Source: Scyliorhinus canicula (lineage: Eukaryota). From it: 64,000 bases of DNA. Shown here piece by piece: positions 38,121-49,469 of this stretch (the stretch's first letter is position 1; the number at the start of each line of letters is the position of its first letter). The DNA is taken from positions 4,216,001 through 4,280,000 of the forward strand of contig NC_052170.1 in assembly GCF_902713615.1 (NCBI RefSeq), given 5' to 3'. Both the position numbers and the translations under genes were made by a program. The notes under the pieces were generated by a model. The model ran no database searches, was not told where the DNA came from, and saw only the letters and a list, made by a program, of their open reading frames with translations.

Positions 38121-38562
38121 CTCCCTTTATGCCGGTGGTAATTTCATCTGTGCAAAGCTACACAGTGTGTTGGAAAGTGGCACGGTGGCAGAATGGTTAG
38201 CACTGCTGCCTCACAGTGTCAGGGACCCGGGTACAATTCCGGCCTTGGGTGACTGTGTCTGTGTAGAGTTTGCACGTTCTCCCCGTGTCCGCGTGGGTTT
38301 CCTCCGGGTGCTCCGGTCGAAAGATGTGCAGGTTAGGTGGGATTACAGGGTTAGGGTAGGGATGTGGGCCTGGGTAGGCTGCTCTTTCAGAGTGTCGTTG
38401 CAGACTCGATGGGGCAAATGGCTTCCTTCTGCACTGTAGGGGTTCTATGGGATTTAACAACAGCAACACCACTGCAAAGTTCATTTCTACCAGCACCCCT
38501 CAGTCCAGCTCTGATAGGCTCCCTCAGCAGAGAATTGCAGTTCATAAGCCATGGACAGATGT

Positions 38563-38749
38563 GAAATGAAATGAAATGAAAATCGCTTATTGTCACGAGT
38601 AGGCTTCAATGAAGTTACTGTGAAAAGCCCCTAGTCGCCACATTCCGGCGCCTGTCCGGGGAGGCTGGTACGGGAATCGAACCGTGCTGCTGGCCTGGTT
38701 GGTCTGCTTTATAAGCCAGCGATTTAGCCTTGTGAGCTAAACCAGCCCC
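38563..38749 (-). mobile_element. Second tRNA-derived SINE family ('head B') with tail 2 (also at 43241-43422- and ~50832-51005-)
   Basis: GGGGCTGGTTTAGCTCA...GGTTCGATTCCCGTACCAGCC head, (CATTT)n end, TSD AGATGTG. Confidence 0.82.
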
Positions 38750-39925
38750 AGATGTGGTGGGCTTGCATCCCTTTACAAATAGCCTTAGAAGGAATACCAC
38801 GTGATGTGGCCTGTATTGCAATTTTCTCCCACCACTGCGCCAGTTCCTCATGGGAAGCAGCGTTCTGAGATCAGGCACTTGCATCCCTAGTGCAGAGGGA
38901 GACAGTCCAGAGTTAAACAATCTGTTAGCAACCGGTTATGGGATAGAACCGTAGAATTCCACAGAATTTCTACAGTGCAGGAGATCGTTCGGCCCATCGC
39001 ATCTGCACCGACCCTCTGAAAGATCGCCCTACCTAGGACCACCCCGCTGCCTGACGACCCGTAACCTAACCTGTACATCCCTGCACACCAAGGGACAATT
39101 TAGCACGGCCAATACCCCTAACCTGCACATCTTTGGACTATGGGAGGAAACAGGAGCACCCGGAGGAAACCCACGCAGACACGGGGAGAACGTGCAGACT
39201 CCGCACAGACAGTGACCCAGCGGGGAATCGAACCCGGGACCCTGGAGCTGTGAGGCAGTAGTGCTAACCACTGCGCCATCGGGATACTCAGCTACTGGGA
39301 GGGTGTAAACAATTATAAGAACTGTAACTTGCATTTGTGTAGCATCTTTTATGTAATAAAACATCTCAACACTGTTTATGTAAGCAGATAAAAGCTGACA
39401 GCAAGGCACAGAAGGAGACTTTAGTCTGGCGACCAAAACCTTGATTAAAGAGTTAGTCGCAAGGAGTATTTTGAGTGAGAGGTTTAACGTGGAATTGTAT
39501 AAATTATCTAGGCAGCAAAGGCCCGGCTGACAAGAGGGCAGGGGCAGGGTGGTGAAGGAAGTATAGTATGACCAAGAGGACAGAATTGGGAGAATGCAGG
39601 ATTGATGATGGATTTTGGGGTCGGAGGAGGTTTCAGAGACAGAGAAGGGTGAGACCATGAAGAGATTTCAATGTCGGGGTGATTTTAAAACTTAGCTGCT
39701 GTTGGATGAGGAATAGTTGAACTGAGGGGTAACAAGACATGGATTCAGCGGTAAACAAGCTGATGAAGACGCGGAGATGGGCCATGTTATGGCGGTATAA
39801 GTAGGATTGGCGATGAAGTGGATACGTGGTTGGAATCTCATCTTCGGGGCTTCAAATGCGATTCACAAATTACAAATGGTCTGATTTCACTTCAGACAAG
39901 GGCCAGGGAGACATGGTGCTGTTTA

Positions 39926-40147
<222 letters not shown>

Positions 40148-40499
40148 TCACCTAACTCAAATCCTTCCAAACTCTGTCGGCTGTTTAGAATAGACTTTAG
40201 AATAGAATAAGAGGTCGTTTGGCCCATCGAGTATGCACCGACCCTTCGAAAGAGCACTCCCCCCCCCCCCCCCCCCCCCCGGCAACTCCATAACCTAACC
40301 TGCTCATCATTGGACACTGAGGGCAATTTATCACGGCCAATCCACCTAACCTGCGCATCTTTGGACTGTGGGAGGAAACCGGAGCACCCGGAGGAAACCC
40401 ACGCAGACATGGGTAGAAACTGCAGACTCCGCACAGGCAGTGACCCAAGGGCGGAATGGAACCCGGGTCCCTTGTGCTGTGAGGCAACAGCGCTAACCA

Positions 40500-41250
40500 C
40501 TGTGCCGGGCGCTGAGAGGCACCGTACCACCGGGCGGTGAGACATTGTGCCACCGGGCGGTGAGACACTGTGCCACCGGGCGGTGAGGCACCGTGCCACT
40601 GGGCGGTGAGACACTGTGCCACCGGGCGGTGTGAGGCACCGTGCCACCGGGCGGTGAGACACCGTGCCACCGGGCGGTGAGACACTGTGCCACTGGGCGG
40701 TGAGGCACCGTGCCACCGGGCGGTGAGACACCGTGCCACCGGGCGGTGTGAGACACCGTGCCACCGGGCGGTGAGACACCGTGCCACCGGGCGGTGAGAC
40801 ACCGTGCCACCGGGCGGTGAGACACCGTGCCACCGGGCGGTGAGACATTGTGCCACCGGGCGGTGAGATACCGTGCCGCCGGGCGGTGAGACACTGTGCC
40901 ACCAGGCGGTGAGACACTGTGCCACCGGGCGGTGAGACACCGTGCCACTGGGCGGTGAGACACTGTGCCACCGGGCGGTGAGACACCGTGCCACTGGGCG
41001 GTGAGACACTGTGCCACCGGGCGGTGAGACACCGTGCCACTGGGCGGTGAGACACCGTGCCGCCGGGCGGTGAGACACTGTGCCACCGGGCGGTGAGACA
41101 TTGTGCCACCGGGCGGTGAGACACCGTGCCACCGGGCGGTGAGACACCGTGCCACCGGGCGGTGAGACACCGTGCCACCGGGCGGTGAGACACTGTGCCA
41201 CCGGGCGGTGAGACACCGTGCCACCGGGCAGTGAGACATTGTGCCACCGG
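40500..41250 (-). repeat. 23-bp minisatellite (CGGTGGCACAGTGTCTCACCGCC), ~31 units
   Basis: Tandem array fused to the 5' end of a SINE. Confidence 0.95.
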
Positions 41251-41694
41251 GTCGCCCTAAACATTCATCTTTGACACCTTCCCAGTTCTGACAAAGGGTT
41301 GTCAGCCTGAACATAGGAGGCCTTGTAGAACAGCGGGCAGCATCCCTATCGCAGGAGCAGAAGCTCCGAGTTTGAGTCCAACTCCAGGACTTGTTGGCCA
41401 CGGAAAGAGTGTTCACAACGGGCTGATGATCAGCTGGGGCATACTCTTCCCCCCTCCCCCCCCCAACTATTCCCCAAAGGGAAAAAATGGTGTGTGTGAA
41501 GATACACTCAACAAAATACCCATGAACATAGGATTAGGCACATTTTGTGCAGGAGTTGGCCATTTGGCTCTGCGAACCGGCTTTACCATTCAGTAAGAAC
41601 ACAGCTGATTGGGCTGTGGTCCCTGCTCCGCTTTCCGCTTACCGCTGACCTTTGCCCCAAGCTTGTCTGGTTTTTATTTTGCCTGGTTCCTTAC

Positions 41695-41800
41695 CGGTCG
41701 AAGAAGGATGCGAGCAGCCTTCGGAGGAGGACTTTGTGGCGCGTTCCTGCGCAGACGTGGCAGTTCATCAGCTGGGCTCGGGTGATGAAGACACTGGTTC
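41695..41800 (-). CDS. NACC1: NACC1 coding exon 3 ([36 protein letters not shown])
   Basis: BEN domain; cag acceptor and gtaagg donor; 106 nt. Confidence 0.94.
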
Positions 41801-41951
41801 CTGTCAGAAAAATAGAAAGGAGGTCAGGAGGTCATTCTCCACAAGCAGGGAGGCCTTCCGTGTGAAGGCCAGCCTGGCAGAGCAGCTGGAGAGTGTTTGG
41901 GGGGGGGGGGGCCTCGCTGACGGACAGAGGCATCTGAACCCTGGGCCGTAC

Positions 41952-42128
41952 CTGTCACAAGTTCCAGCTTTTCGGTGGGATCCCCCTCTGCATAAAGCTT
42001 TGGGTGGCATCGGTTACCGATCTGGGTGATCAGTTCAGCTGGCAAAGCGGCGAGGTCCCTCCTCATCCGGACCCTCGAGCGGGCGTCTGTGGTTAAGTGA
42101 TCGGGCAGAGCTTCAACCCGCTCAGTCG
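41952..42128 (-). CDS. NACC1: NACC1 coding exon 2 ([11 protein letters not shown]...[31 protein letters not shown])
   Basis: cag acceptor and gtacgg donor; 177 nt. Confidence 0.93.
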
Positions 42129-42430
42129 CTGTCAAAACAAGAACAAATCTGGGGATGAGGTCGGTTATACAACACACTGCTTATTCAACCTGACCACTCC
42201 ATGTCGGTGTTCCCCCCTACGCACAGCTTCACCAACCGCCTACCTTATCTCACCCCATCATCCTATCCTCCTATTCCTCTCTCCTTCGTGTGTTCATCTA
42301 GTTTTCGCCTCAAATCCAACCACACTTTTTACTCCAGCCACTCCCTGTCAGACTGAGATCTGCATTCTCACCACTCGCTGGGTGAAGATGTTTCTGTCTT
42401 ATTGATGGCCCCTTAGTTCTGGCCTCACCC

Positions 42431-42659
42431 GGGCAGCACGGTGGCCTAGTGGTTAGCACAACCGCCTCACAGCGCTGAGGGCCCAGGTTCGATCCCGGCT
42501 CTGGGTCACTGTCCGTGTGGAGTTTGCACATTCTCCCCGTGTCTGTGTGGGTTTCGCCCCCACAACCCAAAAATGTGCAGAGTAGGTGGATTGGCCACGC
42601 TAAATTGCCCCTTAATTAGAAAAAATAATTGGGTAATCTAAATTTAAAAAAAAAAAAAG
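42431..42659 (+). mobile_element. Short V-SINE variant with A-rich 'tail 3' (also at ~10243-10460+, 14555-14748-, 33035-33261-, 35813-36040+, 52325-52548-, 63195-63415-)
   Basis: tRNA head; V-domain ends at AAATTGCCCCTTAATT, then AAAAAATAATTGGGTA-CT-TAAATTT and an A-run. Confidence 0.82.
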
Positions 42660-43952
42660 TTCTGGCCTCACCCACAGGTGGAAACATATTTTGTAATTCA
42701 GCTTATTAAATCTTTTCACAATTTTAAAGGCTCTGGCAGGTATTCCCCCCTCCCCAGTCTTCTCTTTTCACAGAACACAGCCCTGTGCTGATATGTTCTG
42801 CCCTCTCAGGGTATGTCAGGTGGCAGGAGTTTGAAGAAAAGCTGGGGAATTCTGCCCACTGGCCTGGCCAAAAACAAACAAGCTGGTCATTATCTCACTG
42901 CTGTTCGTGGGGGTTTTACTGTCAGCAAAATGGCTGCTGCATTTCTTGCATTCCTTCACCTCAAAAAGTGCGTCATTGGTTGGAAAGTATGGGCTACTTC
43001 GTGCTATGTGGGCGGAACAGCAGCAGAGTGGTTAGCACTGCTCCTCCACAGCTCCAGGGTCCCGGGTTCGATTCCCGGCTTGGGTCACTGTCTGTGCGGA
43101 GTCTGCACATCCTCCCCGTGTCTGCGTGGGTTTCCTCCGGGTGCTCCGGTTTCCTCCCACAGTCCAAAGATGTGCAGATTAGGTGAATTGGCCGTGCTAA
43201 ATTGCCCTTTGTGTCCAAAAAAAAGTTAGGTGGGGTTACTGAAAATGAAATGAAAATCGCTTATTGTCACGAGTAGGCTTCCATGAAGTTACTGTGAAAA
43301 GCCCCTAGTCGCCACATTCCGGCGCCTGTCCGGGAGGCTGGTACGGGAATCGAACCGTGCTGCTGGCCTGCTTGGTCTGCTTTAAAAGCCAGCGATTTAG
43401 CTGAGTGAGCCAAACCAGCCCCATCGGTTACGGGGATAGACTGGAGGTGTGGGTTTAGGTAGAGTCAGTGCCGACTCGATGGCAAATGGCCTCCTTCTGC
43501 GTTGTAAATTCAATGAATCTCTCCAAGTTCTCCCCGTGTCTGCGTGGGTTTCCTCCGGGTGCTCCGGTTTCTTCCCACAAGTCCCGAAAGACGTGCTGTT
43601 ATGCGAATTGGACATTCTGAATTCTCCCTCAGTGTACCCGAACAGGCGCCGGAATGTGGCGACTGGGGGATTTTCACAGTAACTTCATTGCAGTGTTAAT
43701 GTAAGCCTACTTGTGCCAATAATAAAGATTATCATCACATGTGGGTCAAACATTCCCTGTCACGCGTGGACCATACACTGCCCGTCATGTGTGGATCAGA
43801 AACTCCCTGTCACTTGTACAAACATTTCCCAACACATGTGCATCAAACACTTCCTGTCACGTGTGCACGAAACAGCTCCTGTGTGCTCGGCCTGGTGTCA
43901 AACTGGGCAACATGGGCAAATGTTCCTCCTGCATGAAGAGTAGCAGGCTTAC

Positions 43953-44784
43953 CTGGTGGGCCCACATTCATCATGCTGTACATAGTGTACATGTTGCAGA
44001 TCTGTCTGTAATGCTCCTCTGTCATATCCTCACCACCTTCCTCCTCTTCATCCTCTTCGTTCTGGTAGGAGTTGGGACTGTCGCTGGTGTAGGCGCTGGA
44101 GGTTCCAGGGCTGGTGCGATCCGTGCTGCCCTGCCCTCCCGCTCCGCATCCCTGCTGCCGGATAGTGGGGGCTCCGTGAGAAACCCGAGCCAGCTTGGAG
44201 GCCGCGCTCCCATTCCCCTCCCGCTGCCCGTTGTCCCACAGACGTTTACTGATGGGGGTGAACTGCACAGTGTCCGATTCGGCTTGCTCTGTCTTGACAC
44301 GTGACACCAGTGAGAGGGGGGTGGCTGCCAGCGATCGCGAGGCCTGAGCCGGGCTCGGGGGCTCAGAGGGCGTCTCCTCCACATGTAGGCCCTGGGAGTC
44401 GCACCGCGGTGAGCTGACCTTCAGGCAGAACTCGGTCTCCTTGTCCATTATCTGCTGGATCTGGAGGAAGCCGGCCGTGTACATCAAGAGGAACTGATCA
44501 CCCATGTTCATACTAAGCCTGCCAGTGTAACAGAACGCCAAGATCTGCTGGAAGGACTGAGGCTGGACCGCTGTCGGAAGCTCGAAGCTCGTGCAATTGT
44601 TGGAGCTGAACAGGTCACGGAAATAGGAACTGCTGGCTGCCAGAACGGCGCGGTGTGCCTTGAAAGCCTGTCCCTTCACAACGATGGAAACATCACAGTA
44701 CAGGCCTTGGAGCCGCTGGTCATTCAGAGATTCCAGGATGTTATTCCCAAAGTTCGGAATCTCCATTTGCAGGGTCTGGGCCAT
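43953..44784 (-). CDS. NACC1: NACC1 coding exon 1, BTB/POZ domain
   Basis: [52 protein letters not shown] is the NAC1 N-terminus; ACCATGG Kozak; acceptor at 44811; donor G|gtaagc. Confidence 0.96.
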
Positions 44785-44985
44785 GGTGTCCGCTCAGCAG
44801 ACTGCAGTATCTGCCAGAATAGAAGAGAAGACAGCAGCATTAGATTTACAAACGTTACATGCAGCATTTTACCTGCAAAAGGCATTTCCTTTCCACTGCT
44901 GGTTGATGGGTTCCACTGGAACCCGGGAGCCAGGCGGCTCGGTCTTCAGGGTCTACTCCAAAACCTAGGCTGACACTCCTAGTGC

Positions 44986-46336
44986 AGTACTGAGGGAGTG
45001 CAGCACTGTCAGAGGGTCAGTACTGAGGGAGTGCAGCACTGTCAGAGGGTCAGTACTGAGGGAGTGCCGCACTGTCAGAGGGTCAGTACTGAGGGGGTGC
45101 AGCACTGTCAGAGGGTCAGTACTGAGGGGGTGCTGTACTGTCAGAGGGTCAGTACTGAGGGAGTGCAGCACTGTCAGAGGGTCAGTACTGAGGGAGTGCA
45201 GCACTGTCAGAGGGTCAGTACTGAGGGGGTGCTGTACTGTCAGAGGGTCAGTACTGAGGGAGTGCTGCACTGTCAGAGGGTCTGTACTGAGGGGGTGCTG
45301 TACTGTCAGAGGGTCAGTACTGAGGGAGTGCTGCACTGTCAGAGGGTCAGTACTGAGGGATGCCGCACTGTCAGAGGGTCAGTACTGAGCGAGTGCCGCA
45401 CTGTCAGAGGGTCAGTACTGAGGGAGTGCTGCACTGTCAGAGGGTCAGTACTGAGGGAGTGCTGCACTGTCAGAGGGTCAGTACTGAGGGAATGCTGCAC
45501 TGTCAGAGGGTCAGTACTGAGGGAGTGCTGTACTGTCAAGAGGGTCAGTACTGAGGGAGTGCTGCACTGTCAGAGGGTCAGTACTGAGGGAGTGCTGCAC
45601 TGTCAGAGGGTCAGTACTGAGGGAATGCTGCACTGTCAGAGGGTCAGTACTGAGGGAGTGCTGTACTGTCAGAGGGTCAGTACTGAGGGAGTGCCGCACT
45701 GTCAGAGGGTCAGTACTGAGGGAGTGCTGCACTGTCAGAGGGTCAGTACTGAGGGAGTGCTGCACTGTCAGAGGGTCAGTACTGAGGGAGTGCCGCACTG
45801 TTAGAGGGTCAGTATTGAGGGAGTGCTGCACTGCCAGAGGGTCAGTACTGAGGGAGTGCCGCACTGTCAGTGGGTCAGTACTGAGGGAATGCTGCACTGT
45901 CAGAGGGTCAGTACTGAGGGAGTGCTGCACTGTCAGAGGGTCAGTACTGAGGGAATGCTGCACTGTCAGAGGGTCAGTACTGAGGGAGTGCTGCACTGTC
46001 AGAGGGTCAGTACTGAGGGAGTGCCGCACTGTTAGAGGGTCAGTACTGAGGGAATGCTGCACTGTCAGAGGGTCAGTACTGAGGGAGTGCCGCACTGTCA
46101 GAGGGTCAGTACTGAGGGAGTGCTGCACTGTCAGAGGGTCAGTACTGAGGTAGTGCCGCACTGTCAGAGGGTCAGTACTGAGGGAATGCCGCACTGTCAG
46201 AGGGTCAGTACTGAGGGAATGCTGCACTGTCAGAGGGTCAGTACTGAGGGAGTGCTGCACTGTCAGAGGGTCAGTACTAAGGGAGTGCCGCATGTTAGAG
46301 GGTCAGTACTGAGGGAGTGCCGTACTGTCAGAGGGG
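44986..46336 (+). repeat. 33-bp minisatellite, ~41 units, NACC1 intron 1
   Basis: Same unit as the array at 26315-26950. Confidence 0.95.
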
Positions 46337-46706
46337 TCATGTCCAATGCAATGTTATCCTGAGGCCCTCAATAAATCCCACTTCAAAACAGATTAGCCAG
46401 TCATTCTAATATTGCCCTTTGCGTACAGAAAATCACAATGGGTTCTTAAATTAGGCCTTATCAACAATTCCCAGGAAAAACTAACAGACCAAATTCTTCA
46501 TTCAGGACATAAGGTCCATGATCTTTTTCGAACAAGCGTTATCCCAGCGTCTTCGCCACGGTTCCGCTCACAAGTCGACACCAGAAACAGGTTAACTAGC
46601 GAGTTAACGGATTGCTATTTGGGGAATCTTGTCCTGTGCAAATTGGACGCCTCACTTTCCTATGTAGCAATAACCACAATTCAAGAAACGTTGCCTCTTT
46701 CTAACC

Positions 46707-47408
46707 CAGGGGTGGGCAAACTACGGCCCGACAAAGGTTTTTATGCGGCCCGCCAATGAGGTGCCCGGAATCATAACCGGCATTTTTGAAAAGCCGCCGG
46801 GGAAAAGCCGCTGAAGTCAATGCGCTTATTCAATAAGCGCATTTACTTCAGCGGCTTTTCCCCGGCGGCTTTTCAAAAATGCCGATTATGATTCCGGGCA
46901 CCTCATTGGCGGGCCGCATAAAAACGCGCGTCGTGGGGTGGATGAGTGGGGCTGTCTCATTGGTCGGTTGAGTTGGGTGTGCGACCAATAGGAGTCCAGG
47001 TTACAAACAATAAGCCTTATTATTGTTTGTAACCTGGACTCCTATTGGTCGCACACCCAACTCAACCGACCAATGAGACAGCCCCACTCATCCACCCCAC
47101 TACGCGCGTTTTTATCGCTGACTGGGCCAGGCTGTGCTTCTGTCAGTGTTAAGGATCAGCACAAGCAACTTGACACCTGATTTCAACAAACTGGTAAATG
47201 GCTGCAGTCAGATGCATCATTCTCATTGACATTGTTCTGTTACTTACTGAGTTACTTTGTTTTTCAAATAAATGTGCTTTTTTTTCTTTAAAGACCTTTT
47301 ATTTTGGCTATTTAAAATATTAATTATTTTACTTAATATACTATGCGGCCCTTTAAAATTGTGAATTTCTGAATGTGGCCCTTGCACGGAAAAGTTTGCC
47401 CACCCCTG
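46707..47408. mobile_element. Non-autonomous hAT (Charlie-like) DNA transposon, 702 bp, with an internal double palindrome
   Basis: 16-bp perfect TIRs CAGGGGTGGGCAAACT/AGTTTGCCCACCCCTG; 8-bp TSD TTCTAACC/TTCTAAAC (7/8). Confidence 0.88.
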
Positions 47409-48589
47409 TTCTAAACCAACACGTGGCTCGTGACTGAGGGGAGAAGAGGACTGGAGCACACGGAGGAAACCCACACAGACAGTGACCGGAATCAAACCCG
47501 GGTCCCTGGCGCTGAGGCAGCAGTGCACCAGAGTGCAAGGGACATTGGTGCGGGACTGGAGTCACATACAGGTCAGACATTCCCTGCAAGACAATAGTGA
47601 ACCAATTGGGTTTTCACAACAACCTGACACCCTCACAGACACTTTCATATTCCAGCTTCTTTTGATTTCATAAATGGAATTCAAAACTACTGTGTTGTGA
47701 TTTGACCTCACGGCCTCGGGGTATTAGTTTACCAGTTCAGGAATATATTTAAAAATCCTTGCGTCTGGATACAGGGGTTATTATGAATCTAATATTTTCA
47801 CCCACCCTCTTGACTAGCAAGGGTGGGGTCAGGTCTGACCAGCAGTGAAAACCATGGACAACAACTTCCCCCCCCCCCGGGGGGGGGGGGGGGGAAGAGG
47901 AGGAGGAGGAGGAGGAGGAGGAAGATATTTCCTTGTGGAAAACAAGTTTTAAACTGCTCTTTTCAGATGTTGACATTGACGGGGCTCTGTCTGTTTCAGC
48001 CTGAATGTGTGACCTCGTGATTGCAACATAAAACTGAGCAACAGTCTCTCCGAGGCAGTCAGCTAGCTTCATAGCTCACAGAAGGTACAAAATCCTGACT
48101 CTCAGACGTGTTTCCACAGAGCAGATGGGAAGTTTGTAACTAGCGTTTGGAACCTGACGTTATTGGTGAGTTCCAAGTTTGGAGCTTATCTTTGGAAAAA
48201 AAAAAGTCATGAAGGAATTGATCTGGGGCAGTTAAAAGCAAACACCGTTAATCACAACGAGGCTCTTTAATTATTCACATTCAATGCAGAGTCTGTCACC
48301 AGCACACAGGAACAGAAATCAGAGCTCAGCAGAGAGCTGGGAATGGAGAAGCAATGGGCCCAATAACTGATCATCTCAAATTGTTCTTGGCACCGACAGC
48401 AGATCTGTCCCCCTCCTTACCCAGCTACACAACATTAACTGCTCTCTGCACAAACTCTATAACTATACTGTGGTACTTTCACTGTTCAAGTGGAAATATT
48501 ATAAAAATTGATCCGGCTGGAGTTTTGCATCAAAACTTGTGAATAATCCCTTGCCCTCTTGATCTCAGTAGATTGAGGGACATCAGTAA

Positions 48590-48941
48590 AGCAACACCTC
48601 CCGATGCCTTGGGAAAGCGGGCAGCATAATCAAGGACCCATCCCACCCGGCTTACTCACTCTTCCATCGGGCAGGAGACAAAAGTCTGAGAACACGCATT
48701 AATAGGTTCAGAAACAGCTTCTTCCCCGCTGTTACCAGACTCCTGAGTGACCTTCTTATGGACTGAACTGATTTCTTCACACATTTTCTCCACACTGCAA
48801 TCCGTAAGCTTCACCTGATGCCTATGTCAATGTATTTACTTTGTGTATTTATCATCTGCCCTATGTTTTTTCATGTATGGAACGATCTATCTGGACTGTA
48901 CAGGGAACAATACTTTTCACTGTACCTCGGTACACATGACA
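48590..48941 (+). mobile_element. Rex1/Babar-like LINE 3' fragment (related pieces at ~51985-52650, ~32870-33030, ~10147-10230)
   Basis: KAGSIIKDPSHP...PSGRR...RFRNSFFPAVTRLL remnant; tail TTTTCACTGTACCTCGGTACACRTGACAATAAA. Confidence 0.7.
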
Positions 48942-49469
48942 AGGTCCTCAACAACAACTTGCATTTATGCAGAACCTTTGATGTAGTGAAATCAATCCAA
49001 AGGGCTCCTTGTTGAGAATGGATGTGGCGCGAAAGGGCAGGTTGGGAGGTGTGACTAAAGGTTTGGTTAATGAACCTTTCTGAAGTTTCTTTGTGACCAT
49101 GCCTCTCGTCTCGCCTCTCCCTTCACTCATCGACAATCCAACTCTTTCTTCACAAGCTGGGGAGGGGCAGGGTGTTGAGGATTCTCCTTTTCACCTCTCG
49201 GGAACCTACACAAACACCAAAGCCTGGGCTATTTCTCTCTCTCTTTCTTTGATTCACCCATCCTTTCCCTGTTGAGGAATACAAGGCCCAGTGCCTCCCT
49301 AATCAAACAATGTCTGACAGATTGAGCACCCAGAGGAATAGCAGGGTGATCCCAAACACTGTGCAATCAGCAGCTTCATTTAAACCCTCGACCCAACAGG
49401 AACTGACCTCAGAGATGGCAAATTCCTGAATTCAGAACTCGTTCCCATTAAGAAGCTCAGTGGAGGCCA

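Noticed and set aside
38660-38749. tRNA gene candidates from A/B boxes
   Set aside because: All are SINE heads fused to SINE bodies and tails; I could not fold a convincing cloverleaf
44965-46362. Long ORFs with QRVSTEGVLHC / HSLSTDPLTV repeats (also at 21.8-23.3, 26.3-26.9 and 60.4-60.9 kb)
   Set aside because: Artefacts of a stop-poor 33-bp unit that is open in several frames; not zinc-finger genes
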